Virus record (IMG/VR): IMGVR_UViG_3300037493_001343
Span: 1-61,581 of that record
DNA: 61,581 bases
Direction: 5' to 3' (one strand)
Origin: a virus
Lineage: Duplodnaviria; Caudoviricetes
Position numbers and translations under genes: made by a program. Shown here piece by piece: positions 9,488 to 18,368 of the stretch. Each line of letters starts with the position of its first letter. The first letter of the stretch is position 1. The notes beneath the pieces were generated by a model. That model worked only from the letters and a program-made list of their open reading frames with translations, was not told where the DNA came from and did no database searches.

Positions 9488-12115
9488 ACCTTGTTGATTC
9501 TGAAACGCTAACATATCTTGCATTTGCTGTTGTTCCTCACTCATTTGCGCTCCTTGTTCTTCTTGTGCACCTGCCATTTCCTCTTGCATACCTTGTTCTT
9601 CTTGCATTGGATTAGCAGCATTCATTTGCTCGTTCATTCCCTGTTGCATCATATCTGCACCTTGAGCAGCTGGCTGTTGTTTAGAAGCTGAACCCAAGAA
9701 AGAGAAACCGCTTGGCTCTTGAATAGGTAATGGTTGACCACCTGCAGTCTCTGGAGCAACTCTAGATTCTAATTCTGCTGGAACATCAATCTCACCCATC
9801 TCTTCCATCCTGTCGTCTTGCAACAATTTAGTTTTATTATCTCTAATATTAGCAGCATCTCTTTCTTTTGCTTGAACAAATGAAGACTCAACTCTACCAG
9901 TTGCAGAAATTCTTTCTCTTTCTAAATCAAACTGACCACGTAATTCAATTAGTCTACCTTCCATCTCAGCCTTAACCTTTTCAAGTTCTGACTTCATTTG
10001 ATATTCCATTTGCATTGTTTGTTGCTTAGCTTGCTCGGCAACCATAGCAGATTGTTGTTGGATCTGACCATTCATTTGCTGAGCTTCCATAGCCTCTCTC
10101 TGCTTCTTCTCTCCATTCTTCTTAACTTTATAAGCCAAGAATAACTCTGCTTGTTTAATGTTCTGGATGTTATTTAAACGGATAACATCATCAATATTAA
10201 TTTGACCAGATTGTAAAGCAACTTTAACTAATTCATCTAACTTGGCTTTTTCTTCTGCCGTAGGTTTATCTACAATAGAAATGCCATATGTATACTTAGA
10301 AATTTCTTGAGATCGTTTTAATAATTCTACAGTTCCTAAACCTAATGAATTATCGTATGCTTCTCCTCCACCTCTTTTAATAACATCTTGTACACGAATA
10401 ACAACTGCTTCAGATAACGATTGAGCAAGTGATCTATCTGCATAACTAATATCGCTTAACGCATTGTTAGTTCCAGATGCAGCTAATTGAGCAACCGTAG
10501 TTAAGAACTTAGGATTAGGAGTTGATCCATCTGTAAGTTCATTTAAACCTAGAGTCTGACGAATCATATCTAAGTTGTTGTTGATCATATTCCAATACTC
10601 ACCAATAGCATTACCTACACCACCTTCTAATTGGTTAATAGCTGGAGGAACAGGCTTTCCGTCTGCTGCTACTGAACGACTAACCAACACACCTCTTTGT
10701 AAATATAAATCAATAATATCAGATGGACTCATTGCTTTACCGCCACCAGACAAACTGATTTCTTCTAATGCTGCAAGGTTAATATTAAAACCACGTGGAA
10801 CAGCAGTATTTAATTCGTGTTGTAATCTGTAATATGCTAATTGAATAGAGTCAGCATAAGGAATAATTGCTTCCATACGGCTGAACGTCTTCATATCAAA
10901 AAAGTCAACTGGAGCGATATGGAAACTAGATTTAGCACGAGCTATGTTAATAGGATCACGCTTAATGTTCCATTGCTTACCGTAGTCAAAACAAATGTTT
11001 GTACCTACAATCCATTTAACTCTATATACACCTACAACTTGTTTTCTTTTAAACTTTTGTTTCTTATTATTAGTATCTTCAAATCCTGCTCTTCCAAATA
11101 TAGTATTACCTCTTCTGTCAACTCTTTCTTCTCTAACTAAATCGTCAGTAGATAGAATCTCAAGATCTAATACTTGAACCTTTCCTTTATTCCAAAAGTC
11201 ATTATATGTTCCATAGTATGCATTACCTACTGGCATATTACCACGCCATTGATTAGCGTTAGCATATTTGTAAATAAACTCAACATCTTCTTTAGTTAAT
11301 TCGCCATTACTCATTTGAATTAATTGAGCAACAGGAACCTCTAATACTTCACCTGCATATCTTAAATCTCTAAAGTCAGGGTATGTACAGAAGTTAGAAA
11401 GAAAACGTCTAGGGTCTACCCTTCTAAATCCAACCAATCCGTCTTGTTCGTAATCTTTAAATATAGCAACACCATAGTCAAAATGGTCTTGTAATTGTTG
11501 TCTGCGTTGTCCTTCGTAATCATTCTGATCAAACACTAACTCAACTACTAACTCAGCTTCCATAGATGTTTTATGACGCATACCTAATTCGGCAACTTCA
11601 ATTCCATCTAAATCATCTGGCTCTCCAGGGTTTGCCATAAGCGCTGGGCTTTCTGCAAGATCTGGTCTTCCTTGTTTTTTAAATTCTTCTCTTAGGATAG
11701 TTTTAGCTTTCATTTCAGCTACAAGCTTATCCTTTTCAGATTGAGCAAAAGGATCCACAGGATCTATTTGAATATCATAGTTTTGTTTCTCTAATAATCC
11801 TAAAGCAGTTCTTCTGAACTTAGGTATAATAGGCAATACAGACCAGTCAACAACAAGGTTATTGTTATTTGGATCTTGGTCTGGAGTTAATACTCTTTTG
11901 TATCTTTCTATAGATTGACGGCCTTGAGCGTATGTTTTAATCCACTCATATTTATCCCTAGATCTATAACCAATTGAACCGAATGGTGTATCTCCGTAAG
12001 AGTTAAATGCTGCTTGCGCAAATTGCATTAACCATTCTTTGCCTTCTTTTTCCTTTGGCGAAACGTCTTCGTTAGGGAATAAGGATCTTGCATTACTAAT
12101 TATTTCTGCTGACAT
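9482..12115 (-). CDS. Portal protein (877 aa, crAss-like/podoviral)
   Basis: Directly downstream of TerL; DWSVLPIIPKF, MIRQTLGLNELTDGSTP, long Q/E/M-rich coiled-coil barrel. Confidence 0.88.
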   Translation of the reverse strand: MSAEIISNARSLFPNEDVSPKEKEGKEWLMQFAQAAFNSYGDTPFGSIGYRSRDKYEWIKTYAQGRQSIERYKRVLTPDQDPNNNNLVVDWSVLPIIPKFRRTALGLLEKQNYDIQIDPVDPFAQSEKDKLVAEMKAKTILREEFKKQGRPDLAESPALMANPGEPDDLDGIEVAELGMRHKTSMEAELVVELVFDQNDYEGQRRQQLQDHFDYGVAIFKDYEQDGLVGFRRVDPRRFLSNFCTYPDFRDLRYAGEVLEVPVAQLIQMSNGELTKEDVEFIYKYANANQWRGNMPVGNAYYGTYNDFWNKGKVQVLDLEILSTDDLVREERVDRRGNTIFGRAGFEDTNNKKQKFKRKQVVGVYRVKWIVGTNICFDYGKQWNIKRDPINIARAKSSFHIAPVDFFDMKTFSRMEAIIPYADSIQLAYYRLQHELNTAVPRGFNINLAALEEISLSGGGKAMSPSDIIDLYLQRGVLVSRSVAADGKPVPPAINQLEGGVGNAIGEYWNMINNNLDMIRQTLGLNELTDGSTPNPKFLTTVAQLAASGTNNALSDISYADRSLAQSLSEAVVIRVQDVIKRGGGEAYDNSLGLGTVELLKRSQEISKYTYGISIVDKPTAEEKAKLDELVKVALQSGQINIDDVIRLNNIQNIKQAELFLAYKVKKNGEKKQREAMEAQQMNGQIQQQSAMVAEQAKQQTMQMEYQMKSELEKVKAEMEGRLIELRGQFDLERERISATGRVESSFVQAKERDAANIRDNKTKLLQDDRMEEMGEIDVPAELESRVAPETAGGQPLPIQEPSGFSFLGSASKQQPAAQGADMMQQGMNEQMNAANPMQEEQGMQEEMAGAQEEQGAQMSEEQQQMQDMLAFQNQQGA

Positions 12116-12136
12116 CTCGTCTATTTAATAGTTGTT

Positions 12137-12148
12137 TAGATAATACGC
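12137..12148 (-). promoter_or_regulatory. Late promoter variant GCGTATTATCTA
   Basis: 11/12 match in the TerL-portal intergenic gap. Confidence 0.7.
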
Positions 12149-12149
12149 T

Positions 12150-14192
12150 TTAAAAACCGAACTTTTTGCCCAAAATATTGCTAGAACTCTTTCCCCTCAA
12201 GAAAGGTAGAACATTTAAAACGTCTATATCTTCCTTGTTTCCAACCTTTGGATTGTACTTATGGTTATTAATTAACATAAGTGCATAGCCTGCTGCCATA
12301 GCGCTATCCGACTTAGTAGTATCACCTGGGTCAAACTGTAGCCACTCCTCTATAAGTCCTTCATACCAAACATTGTTTATGTGGTCGTTTATGTACTGGT
12401 CCGTCAACTCAGCCATATAAGTTGTTGTCTTAAGCGTAGCTGATAGGCCCCTAGTTGTTTTGTCAGGAGGCATAAAGCAGAAATCTGCACAGCCTTTCTC
12501 CTCTAGGTAATAAATGATACCTGGTTTATTGTTCTCTATAAGCGCATTACAGCCGTAAAAGCACAAAGCCATACGTACATCCTCATAAAAGGTTTCAGGA
12601 GAATCTGGACGATTACAATAGTAAAGAACAGGACTCATATCGTACTCTGTAGGAGACAATGGATTAGACTTTTTAAATATAACCATAGCCCCATTAGAAG
12701 CTCTTGACTCGTGAGACTTACTTACCGTCTGGTGAGAGAATGGATCGACTCCAGCTGCATACATAGAACTATTCGTTGGCTTAATTACGCTTCCTTTCTT
12801 TTCAAATGCATTTGGCTTAGCTGGCATCTCCGCAATCAAGAATCTTCCGTTCACACTTTCTTTAAACTCAATCTCCGTATCTCTAACCCCATCTTTCCAT
12901 TGGAAGTTACCTTTCTTTAATCTTGACCTACTCCACTTTAGTATATCCAATCTGTCATTCAACAAAATGGGATTATACACGCAAACAGAACTATCAGATT
13001 GAAATGCTTCTTTCTCGTCCAATGGTTCCTTTCTTTTTGCAGAAGATAAAGCTCTAGGGTCTTCTTTTAAAGACTCCCTTTCTTCCAATATCTCTGCCCT
13101 TGCTAATTCTTTATTAGCCACACCATAGCGTGGATGGAGGTGTCTTGTTTCGTCTGCCGCAACAAAGAATCTAGCCAATCCACTCGCAGTCCTTTTGCCT
13201 TTCTTTTCGTATTGATTAGAGTTCTTCCATAGGTCTAACATCTGACTACCGCCAGCTTCCATCTCCTCTACAGTTGTAGTATGGAAAGACTTTCCGATTA
13301 TCTTACCTTGGTCATCAAGCAAACAATACTTAACGACATTCCATCTGTCTCTAATGTCTAATAGCGTTACCTTACCGATCTCATCGTGTAGATAATATCC
13401 TAGTTTCTGTCCGTCATAAGCAGTAACACCAGAAGACCTGAAGTCAATTCCTGACATCAATTCTTCCTCATCTAACTCTAGTTTACCAGTAGAGAACTTA
13501 AGTCCTGTAGCTGGAACCTTTCCTGTTAATGGAACATCCGACAATGGCCTAAAAAAAGATGGTAGCTTTCTGTAAGCATTAATAACAGTTTTTCTAAATA
13601 ATATTTTTGCATCCTCATCCGTTTTAGATTGGATACCTGCCCAGAAGTTCTCTGACCTTGATGCGGCCTCTAACGCAATACATCCTGCAGTAAATGACTT
13701 ACCAGATCTACGTTTAGTTACATATACAATACCAAAGCTTTCTGGATCTTCTACATTGTAATCCCAAAAGTAAAACAATTCCCTATCCTTATCTCTATAT
13801 CTAGGAAGACCAACGTCCATATGATAGCAAGACAAATAATACCAATGCACACCTGTAATATATACAGGCTCTCCGTTATTACTAAACCAATGTCCACTTA
13901 GTCTTCTAATCCAACAATATCTTTTAAAGTCCTCTAACTCTGGATGGATATATTCAGGGTCTTTCTTTTGTTTAATCTTTTCTTCTTGTTCCCACTTATG
14001 GTATTCTTGAAATCTAGGATCTGGCTCCCAATAGCATAGCTCCATTTTTGTAGATCTGCGCTCAATACCAAAGTATTCCCACTTAGAAGTGAAAGGATTA
14101 TACAACCATCCCTTTGCAGGAACATTGCATTTTAATCCAGCTACTTCCATTTCTGTAGATACCCAGCTTTGTTGCTTTATTGGTTTAAACAT
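12150..14192 (-). CDS. terL: Terminase large subunit (680 aa)
   Basis: Walker A TKRRSGKS, Walker B YYLHDE, RNase H-like AAGVDP, ALIENN and SDSAMA; YITGVHWYYL N-terminal motif. Confidence 0.93.
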   Translation of the reverse strand: MFKPIKQQSWVSTEMEVAGLKCNVPAKGWLYNPFTSKWEYFGIERRSTKMELCYWEPDPRFQEYHKWEQEEKIKQKKDPEYIHPELEDFKRYCWIRRLSGHWFSNNGEPVYITGVHWYYLSCYHMDVGLPRYRDKDRELFYFWDYNVEDPESFGIVYVTKRRSGKSFTAGCIALEAASRSENFWAGIQSKTDEDAKILFRKTVINAYRKLPSFFRPLSDVPLTGKVPATGLKFSTGKLELDEEELMSGIDFRSSGVTAYDGQKLGYYLHDEIGKVTLLDIRDRWNVVKYCLLDDQGKIIGKSFHTTTVEEMEAGGSQMLDLWKNSNQYEKKGKRTASGLARFFVAADETRHLHPRYGVANKELARAEILEERESLKEDPRALSSAKRKEPLDEKEAFQSDSSVCVYNPILLNDRLDILKWSRSRLKKGNFQWKDGVRDTEIEFKESVNGRFLIAEMPAKPNAFEKKGSVIKPTNSSMYAAGVDPFSHQTVSKSHESRASNGAMVIFKKSNPLSPTEYDMSPVLYYCNRPDSPETFYEDVRMALCFYGCNALIENNKPGIIYYLEEKGCADFCFMPPDKTTRGLSATLKTTTYMAELTDQYINDHINNVWYEGLIEEWLQFDPGDTTKSDSAMAAGYALMLINNHKYNPKVGNKEDIDVLNVLPFLRGKSSSNILGKKFGF

Positions 14193-14760
14193 TTTTCTTT
14201 GTTATTTTAGACATAGCCTCTGGAGTAAACATAGTTTTTCTATTATGTTCCTCAATTAAGTCCTGATCGTTAGAGAATAGCTTACCATATAACTCATCAA
14301 TAGAGTTACTCATATCAGCCATCTGATTAAGCATCTTGTTCTTTATCTCTACGGCTTTTAATATATCAATTTCTTTTCCATTCTCGGCATCCTCAATACG
14401 CTTTGCTACACGCTCTGCATACTCTGTAAATGTAGACTCTAAGCTACATATCAAAGTCCAAGTTCTAGACTTAACTACCTTAGTTAAAAAAGAAACGGCA
14501 AGCTCGTAACTAGGATCTTTTGTTGTCTCAGTTTCAAGTCTTGCCCATTCTTTTCTTTTATTTATGTCTGAGAAGTCTCTTACGGCAGGGGAATTAAAGT
14601 CATAAACCCAAGAGAGAAATGCTATCTGCTGTGTTATGTGTTTGGTGTCTGTGTTTCCAATAACTTCTTTGAGCCTTGGGTATTCAGATAGCACATCTCC
14701 GCAATATGGATTGATAATCATTTTGGCTACCTGTGGTTGTGCGTATTTACTCGTAGCCAT
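14185..14760 (-). CDS. Putative terminase small subunit (191 aa)
   Basis: Overlaps the TerL start, helical with C-terminal coiled coil; call is positional. Confidence 0.45.
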   Translation of the reverse strand: MATSKYAQPQVAKMIINPYCGDVLSEYPRLKEVIGNTDTKHITQQIAFLSWVYDFNSPAVRDFSDINKRKEWARLETETTKDPSYELAVSFLTKVVKSRTWTLICSLESTFTEYAERVAKRIEDAENGKEIDILKAVEIKNKMLNQMADMSNSIDELYGKLFSNDQDLIEEHNRKTMFTPEAMSKITKKNV

Positions 14761-15340
14761 AAATCCTATCTTTCTTTAGTATTACAAATTCTGTGCCATC
14801 TTTAAATGTATACACAGATCGGTACATTTCATCAAATAAAACTGTACTGTTGACAGGAGCATCTATATCTCCTGACAAAAACGTACACTTTCCTTGTTTG
14901 TACTTTGTAGTAATTGTATCTGGTATTATTATTAAACTTGACTTTATTTCATTCTCTGGGATAGCCTTAAGTAAAAGCCAATCGCCCACTGCTTGCCACT
15001 CTCCATCAACTTTACGAGCCATAACAAAGCCCTCGTCACAAAGCCACACAAGCTTGTCATCAATGTTGAAAACACGATTAAATTTACGGTCCCCATTATC
15101 ATCAACAAAGTAATCAGCAGCCATATGGTAGCTAATAGCAATTTCATCATCTTGATTTACATTTAGTTTGCACCTTCCACCTATAGAGTACACTCTTGCG
15201 TTAACTTGGGCGTGCTGCTCAGGTTCAAATGAAGGATCAATAAATAAGGTAACACCGTTATCTGTAGTAACGGTTGATTGCAAAATTTCTGGTATCTCAA
15301 CAAATAGTTGACTACCAGGAGGCATAGATCTTTTATTCAT
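14747..15340 (-). CDS. GroES-like co-chaperonin, apparently two tandem GroES-type domains (197 aa)
   Basis: C-terminal half QAVGDWLLLKAIPENEIKSSLIIIPDT...VLFDE...DGTEFVILKKDRIYG follows the GroES pattern; N-terminal half has a similar TTDNGVTLFI loop. Confidence 0.65.
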   Translation of the reverse strand: MNKRSMPPGSQLFVEIPEILQSTVTTDNGVTLFIDPSFEPEQHAQVNARVYSIGGRCKLNVNQDDEIAISYHMAADYFVDDNGDRKFNRVFNIDDKLVWLCDEGFVMARKVDGEWQAVGDWLLLKAIPENEIKSSLIIIPDTITTKYKQGKCTFLSGDIDAPVNSTVLFDEMYRSVYTFKDGTEFVILKKDRIYGYE

Positions 15341-15366
15341 TGTGTGTTTGTGTTTTGTGTTATACG

Positions 15367-15374
15367 CAAAGATA
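15367..15374 (-). promoter_or_regulatory. Bacteroidota sigmaA-type -7 element TATCTTTG, abutting a partial late motif GCGTAT
   Basis: TAnnTTTG upstream of the GroES-TerS-TerL operon. Confidence 0.5.
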
Positions 15375-15505
15375 CGGAATTATCCGCAACTTATACTATT
15401 TATTTTCTGCCTTGACCTCTATATGCTTTTGGTCTAGGCGTGTGTTTATTGTAAGACTTTTTAGCCTTTCCTTTCTTTCTTGGTCCAAACGTAACCTTGC
15501 TTGGA

Positions 15506-15760
15506 TTAGATACTTGCTTTGCCATTGTTAAATCTTAATGTATTATTTGTAGTAATTTTAATGTCATTTGAATCGTAATGACGAACTCTTCCATCGTCCT
15601 TATTGGCCACAACCCATACCGTATTTTGATGTATCCCATAGTCTATAATTAATATTGCTACACCTTCTCCGTGGGGAGTATCAACCCATATTGTAGATTG
15701 AAACTCGTGGATCGCTGTCATTATCTCACCACTTGATTTTATTGGCCCACCAAGCAGCAC
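15506..15760 (-). CDS. Hypothetical protein (true start probably the ATG near 15721)
   Basis: Co-oriented ORF, WVDTPHGEGVAILIIDYG beta-rich motif. Confidence 0.6.
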   Translation of the reverse strand: MLLGGPIKSSGEIMTAIHEFQSTIWVDTPHGEGVAILIIDYGIHQNTVWVVANKDDGRVRHYDSNDIKITTNNTLRFNNGKASI

Positions 15761-15998
15761 TCATTTTACCCTTAGCAATATTCTTAGCGTGACGAGCTTT
15801 AAATGAAGCCTTTCTTGCTTTTTCAGAAGCAGACTTAGGATTCTTTCCAGCACCCTTAACGCCTTGTTGACCAAAACGAATAAGTTTTACCTTGTCTCCT
15901 TCCTTAGCAAGAACAGCGTGACTCTTCTTTGGATTGCCAGGAGTACGTTTAGGTTTGTTGTAACCAGCAAAAGTTTCTTTACCTTTCTTTATCATCAC
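15726..15998 (-). CDS. Small highly basic phage protein (90 aa)
   Basis: KVKLIRFGQQG...RKASFKARH...SAAWWANKIKW, a motif typical of aquatic phage basic proteins. Confidence 0.75.
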   Translation of the reverse strand: MMIKKGKETFAGYNKPKRTPGNPKKSHAVLAKEGDKVKLIRFGQQGVKGAGKNPKSASEKARKASFKARHAKNIAKGKMSAAWWANKIKW

Positions 15999-16150
15999 AT
16001 ACGTTTTTTCGCAACTTTAGACTGAACTTTTGTCTTTACTTTATTAGGAAGCTTCTTTCCTTTTGGAGTTTCTTTTTCCCAGCGTGCAGCCATCTTAGGA
16101 TCGGTTGCGTACATAAAACCTCTTTGCGATTGGCTCTTAAATGGACTCAT
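15995..16150 (-). CDS. Tiny basic protein (51 aa)
   Basis: Not in track: MSPFKSQSQRGFMYATDPKMAARWEKETPKGKKLPNKVKTKVQSKVAKKRM, translationally coupled on both sides. Confidence 0.7.
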   Translation of the reverse strand: MSPFKSQSQRGFMYATDPKMAARWEKETPKGKKLPNKVKTKVQSKVAKKRM

Positions 16151-16293
16151 TATTTTTTCTTTGTTTTAGCGTTAATCTTTTTAGCTGCAGCTACTGCTTT
16201 CTTATAAGCAGGAGAACCTTTCTTTGCAGGCTTTTCTCCTCTAGCTCTTTTAGCTCTTATGTTTTCCCAAAGACCTGGTAGTTTTGCTTTCAT
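16150..16293 (-). CDS. Tiny basic K/A-rich protein (47 aa)
   Basis: Not in track: MKAKLPGLWENIRAKRARGEKPAKKGSPAYKKAVAAAKKINAKTKKK, TAATG-coupled to the next gene. Confidence 0.7.
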   Translation of the reverse strand: MKAKLPGLWENIRAKRARGEKPAKKGSPAYKKAVAAAKKINAKTKKK

Positions 16294-16294
16294 A

Positions 16295-16693
16295 TTAATA
16301 TCTATCTAAAATGTATTTTCTTCTTATATATTTCGCCCTTCTCATTAAAGCGCTATCGACAGAGCTACTTATATCCTCAAATGCTTTTCTTAAACCTTCG
16401 TTATATCCAAACAATTGGTTATTAGCCGTAATAGCAATTTCCAATCTTTCTTTTAAACTATCAATTACAGCTTTATTCCCAACTTTACTAAGTAAGAAGA
16501 GACTATCGATTTTAGCTTTTTGATTATTAATTGTTTCATTGTAGTTAAAGAATTTAGTGTTAATATCATCTGCCTGACTCTTCAGTAATAATACAACCGT
16601 ATCGTTATTAATTATTTTTGTCTTTGGATACGATTGGCTTAAGCTCGAAAGGCTCACCAGCAACATCGTCACCATCACCGTTAATCTTTTCAT
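16295..16693 (-). CDS. Secreted coiled-coil protein (132 aa), possible spanin-like component
   Basis: Signal peptide ending ...SSLS-Q, coiled coil; start lies inside the upstream TM gene. Confidence 0.5.
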   Translation of the reverse strand: MKRLTVMVTMLLVSLSSLSQSYPKTKIINNDTVVLLLKSQADDINTKFFNYNETINNQKAKIDSLFLLSKVGNKAVIDSLKERLEIAITANNQLFGYNEGLRKAFEDISSSVDSALMRRAKYIRRKYILDRY

Positions 16694-16964
16694 TTAATTT
16701 AGTATTTTCTTGTTTAAGTTCAGTTACTACTTCTTTAAAGCTATCACAAGCTTTCTCTGCCTGCTTGAGCTCACCAACACGCTTCTCAATAAATGCGCTA
16801 TTCTTTTTAACCGTTACAGTAACCATTGAATCTATATTGATAGAATGCCACCCTTTAACTGGGTGAGGCCTAATAGCTTTCTGGGCTGTTATAGAGGTTA
16901 ACATAATTAATATTAACCCAAGTATCGTTAGGATAATTACTACCCCTGCTTTATTTGGTTGCAT
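16608..16964 (-). CDS. N-terminal TM, coiled-coil protein (118 aa), i-spanin-like topology
   Basis: VVIILTILGLILIML TM helix followed by a coiled coil. Confidence 0.5.
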   Translation of the reverse strand: MQPNKAGVVIILTILGLILIMLTSITAQKAIRPHPVKGWHSINIDSMVTVTVKKNSAFIEKRVGELKQAEKACDSFKEVVTELKQENTKLNEKINGDGDDVAGEPFELKPIVSKDKNN

Positions 16965-17582
16965 TTAATTTAATTTTATATATGACCACATAAATCCTCC
17001 AGCTGTTTTATATAATTTTACTTTTCTACAGCATTTAGATATGTGAGAATGATTTATACCAGTTTCTCTTTCTGCCTCCATTGTTGAGCCATATCTTTTA
17101 ATAAAAGTTTTTCCATTTTTTTCATACTGAAAAACTTCTAAAGAACTTGGGTTTTCATCACCAAATTTGCCATAATAAAATGACGATTTGCTTTTACCAT
17201 ACATAGGATTTTTTTCTCCTGAAATTAAATACCCTTTGTTATAGTAATGGTGATTTTTTCCACTTTTTTTTTCTATAAATTCTTTACTTCTTTTTAATCC
17301 CAATATTCCTTCTCCTCCATCAGTTAAATTACTTAATATCCCAGTGCCATTATCTATTCTGCCATACAAACCTATAAATTCTTTTTCTTTTTCACAAGCT
17401 TGTTCCCAAGTTAAACTGTCAAATAATATTTCAACTTCATAACTAGTTTTTTCAACTATTTTATTCCATATGTTATTTCTTGTAGTTTTTCTATTTGCTC
17501 GTTTATAATATTTATCGCTACCAATACCTATATAGAATGGTTCATTTTTATCTAACCTAATATGTCTATAAACGTATGGCAT
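16965..17582 (-). CDS. GIY-YIG-like homing endonuclease with NUMOD repeats
   Basis: YVYRHIRLDKNEPFYIGIG, LSNLTDGGEG, SGEKNPMYGK (NUMOD3-like) and VFQY...STMEAERETG...ISKCC...TAGGFMW (NUMOD1-like); more AT-rich than neighbours. Confidence 0.85.
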   Translation of the reverse strand: MPYVYRHIRLDKNEPFYIGIGSDKYYKRANRKTTRNNIWNKIVEKTSYEVEILFDSLTWEQACEKEKEFIGLYGRIDNGTGILSNLTDGGEGILGLKRSKEFIEKKSGKNHHYYNKGYLISGEKNPMYGKSKSSFYYGKFGDENPSSLEVFQYEKNGKTFIKRYGSTMEAERETGINHSHISKCCRKVKLYKTAGGFMWSYIKLN

Positions 17583-17583
17583 T

Positions 17584-17916
17584 TTATTTTGTAGCTTGGA
17601 TTATGGCTTGTTGTGCAATGATGTTATAAATAATTGAATCCTTCTTGTCTACTGTCTTTTGAAGACTACGGTTATCTTCAATACAGTTGTCTAATCCTTT
17701 AGTTGAACCAGTCTTCATATCTTTGTATACATAGATAATACCAAATACACAAAGGAAAGCTACCGCTGCAATAGGGTACTTTCTGAACTGGTTAAAACTA
17801 ACAGGTAACTTAACAGCACCTGTTGCTGCTTCTGTTACTTTCTTTGTAGCTGTTCTTTTAGTTGCTGGTTTTTTCGCTGTTGTCATTACTATTTTTTTTA
17901 CCAAAATATCCATCAA
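17584..17916 (-). CDS. Single-TM membrane protein (start likely the MTTAKK ATG near 17886)
   Basis: K-rich N-terminus, TM PIAAVAFLCVFGIIYVY, coiled C-terminus. Confidence 0.6.
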   Translation of the reverse strand: MMDILVKKIVMTTAKKPATKRTATKKVTEAATGAVKLPVSFNQFRKYPIAAVAFLCVFGIIYVYKDMKTGSTKGLDNCIEDNRSLQKTVDKKDSIIYNIIAQQAIIQATK

Positions 17917-18136
17917 TAGCTTTCTCTACTACTTTCAACCCAAGCAATGCAGCAATCAATATTGTTACTGAATATACTAAAGCTTCAGAAGGAGCTACGT
18001 GAGCTTCGCTAAATGAGTTATGATATAGGGTTACTCCTAATAAGATACCCAAGAATAAAGCAATTAAACGCTTCATAGAAGGAGCGTCTGGTTTATCTAA
18101 AAAGAAACCTGCAATAAATGATATTAGTTTTTTCAT
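17858..18136 (-). CDS. Two-TM holin-like membrane protein (92 aa)
   Basis: PSMKRLIALF motif followed by two TM helices and a charged tail. Confidence 0.55.
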   Translation of the reverse strand: MKKLISFIAGFFLDKPDAPSMKRLIALFLGILLGVTLYHNSFSEAHVAPSEALVYSVTILIAALLGLKVVEKAIDGYFGKKNSNDNSEKTSN

Positions 18137-18152
18137 AAGTTTAAGTTTTAAA

Positions 18153-18174
18153 AAGGGGGAACTTAATCCCCCTT
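18153..18174 (-). terminator. Intrinsic terminator-like hairpin
   Basis: aaggggga/tcccctt-type stem followed by a T-run on the minus strand. Confidence 0.55.
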
Positions 18175-18178
18175 ATAA

Positions 18179-18331
18179 TTACTCAGCTTCTACTACTTCA
18201 GCTTCTTTTGCTTGAGACTTAATAGCCTCGTTTAAGAAGTTTACGATTGGAGCACCATACTTCATTGGTAGCTCTTGTAAGAAAGCGTCTAAAGCTTTTA
18301 ATTGTTCTTCATTCAATGTTACTTGTTTCAT
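18179..18331 (-). CDS. Small acidic protein (50 aa), fibre-associated
   Basis: Not in track: MKQVTLNEEQLKALDAFLQELPMKYGAPIVNFLNEAIKSQAKEAEVVEAE; AC-rich leader and late motif upstream. Confidence 0.7.
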   Translation of the reverse strand: MKQVTLNEEQLKALDAFLQELPMKYGAPIVNFLNEAIKSQAKEAEVVEAE

Positions 18332-18356
18332 TGTGTTTTGTGTTTTATTGTTATAA

Positions 18357-18368
18357 ATTATACTACGC
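18357..18368 (-). promoter_or_regulatory. Late promoter variant GCGTAGTATAAT overlapping the stop of the 448-aa gene
   Basis: Partial match at a gene boundary in the expected orientation. Confidence 0.5.
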
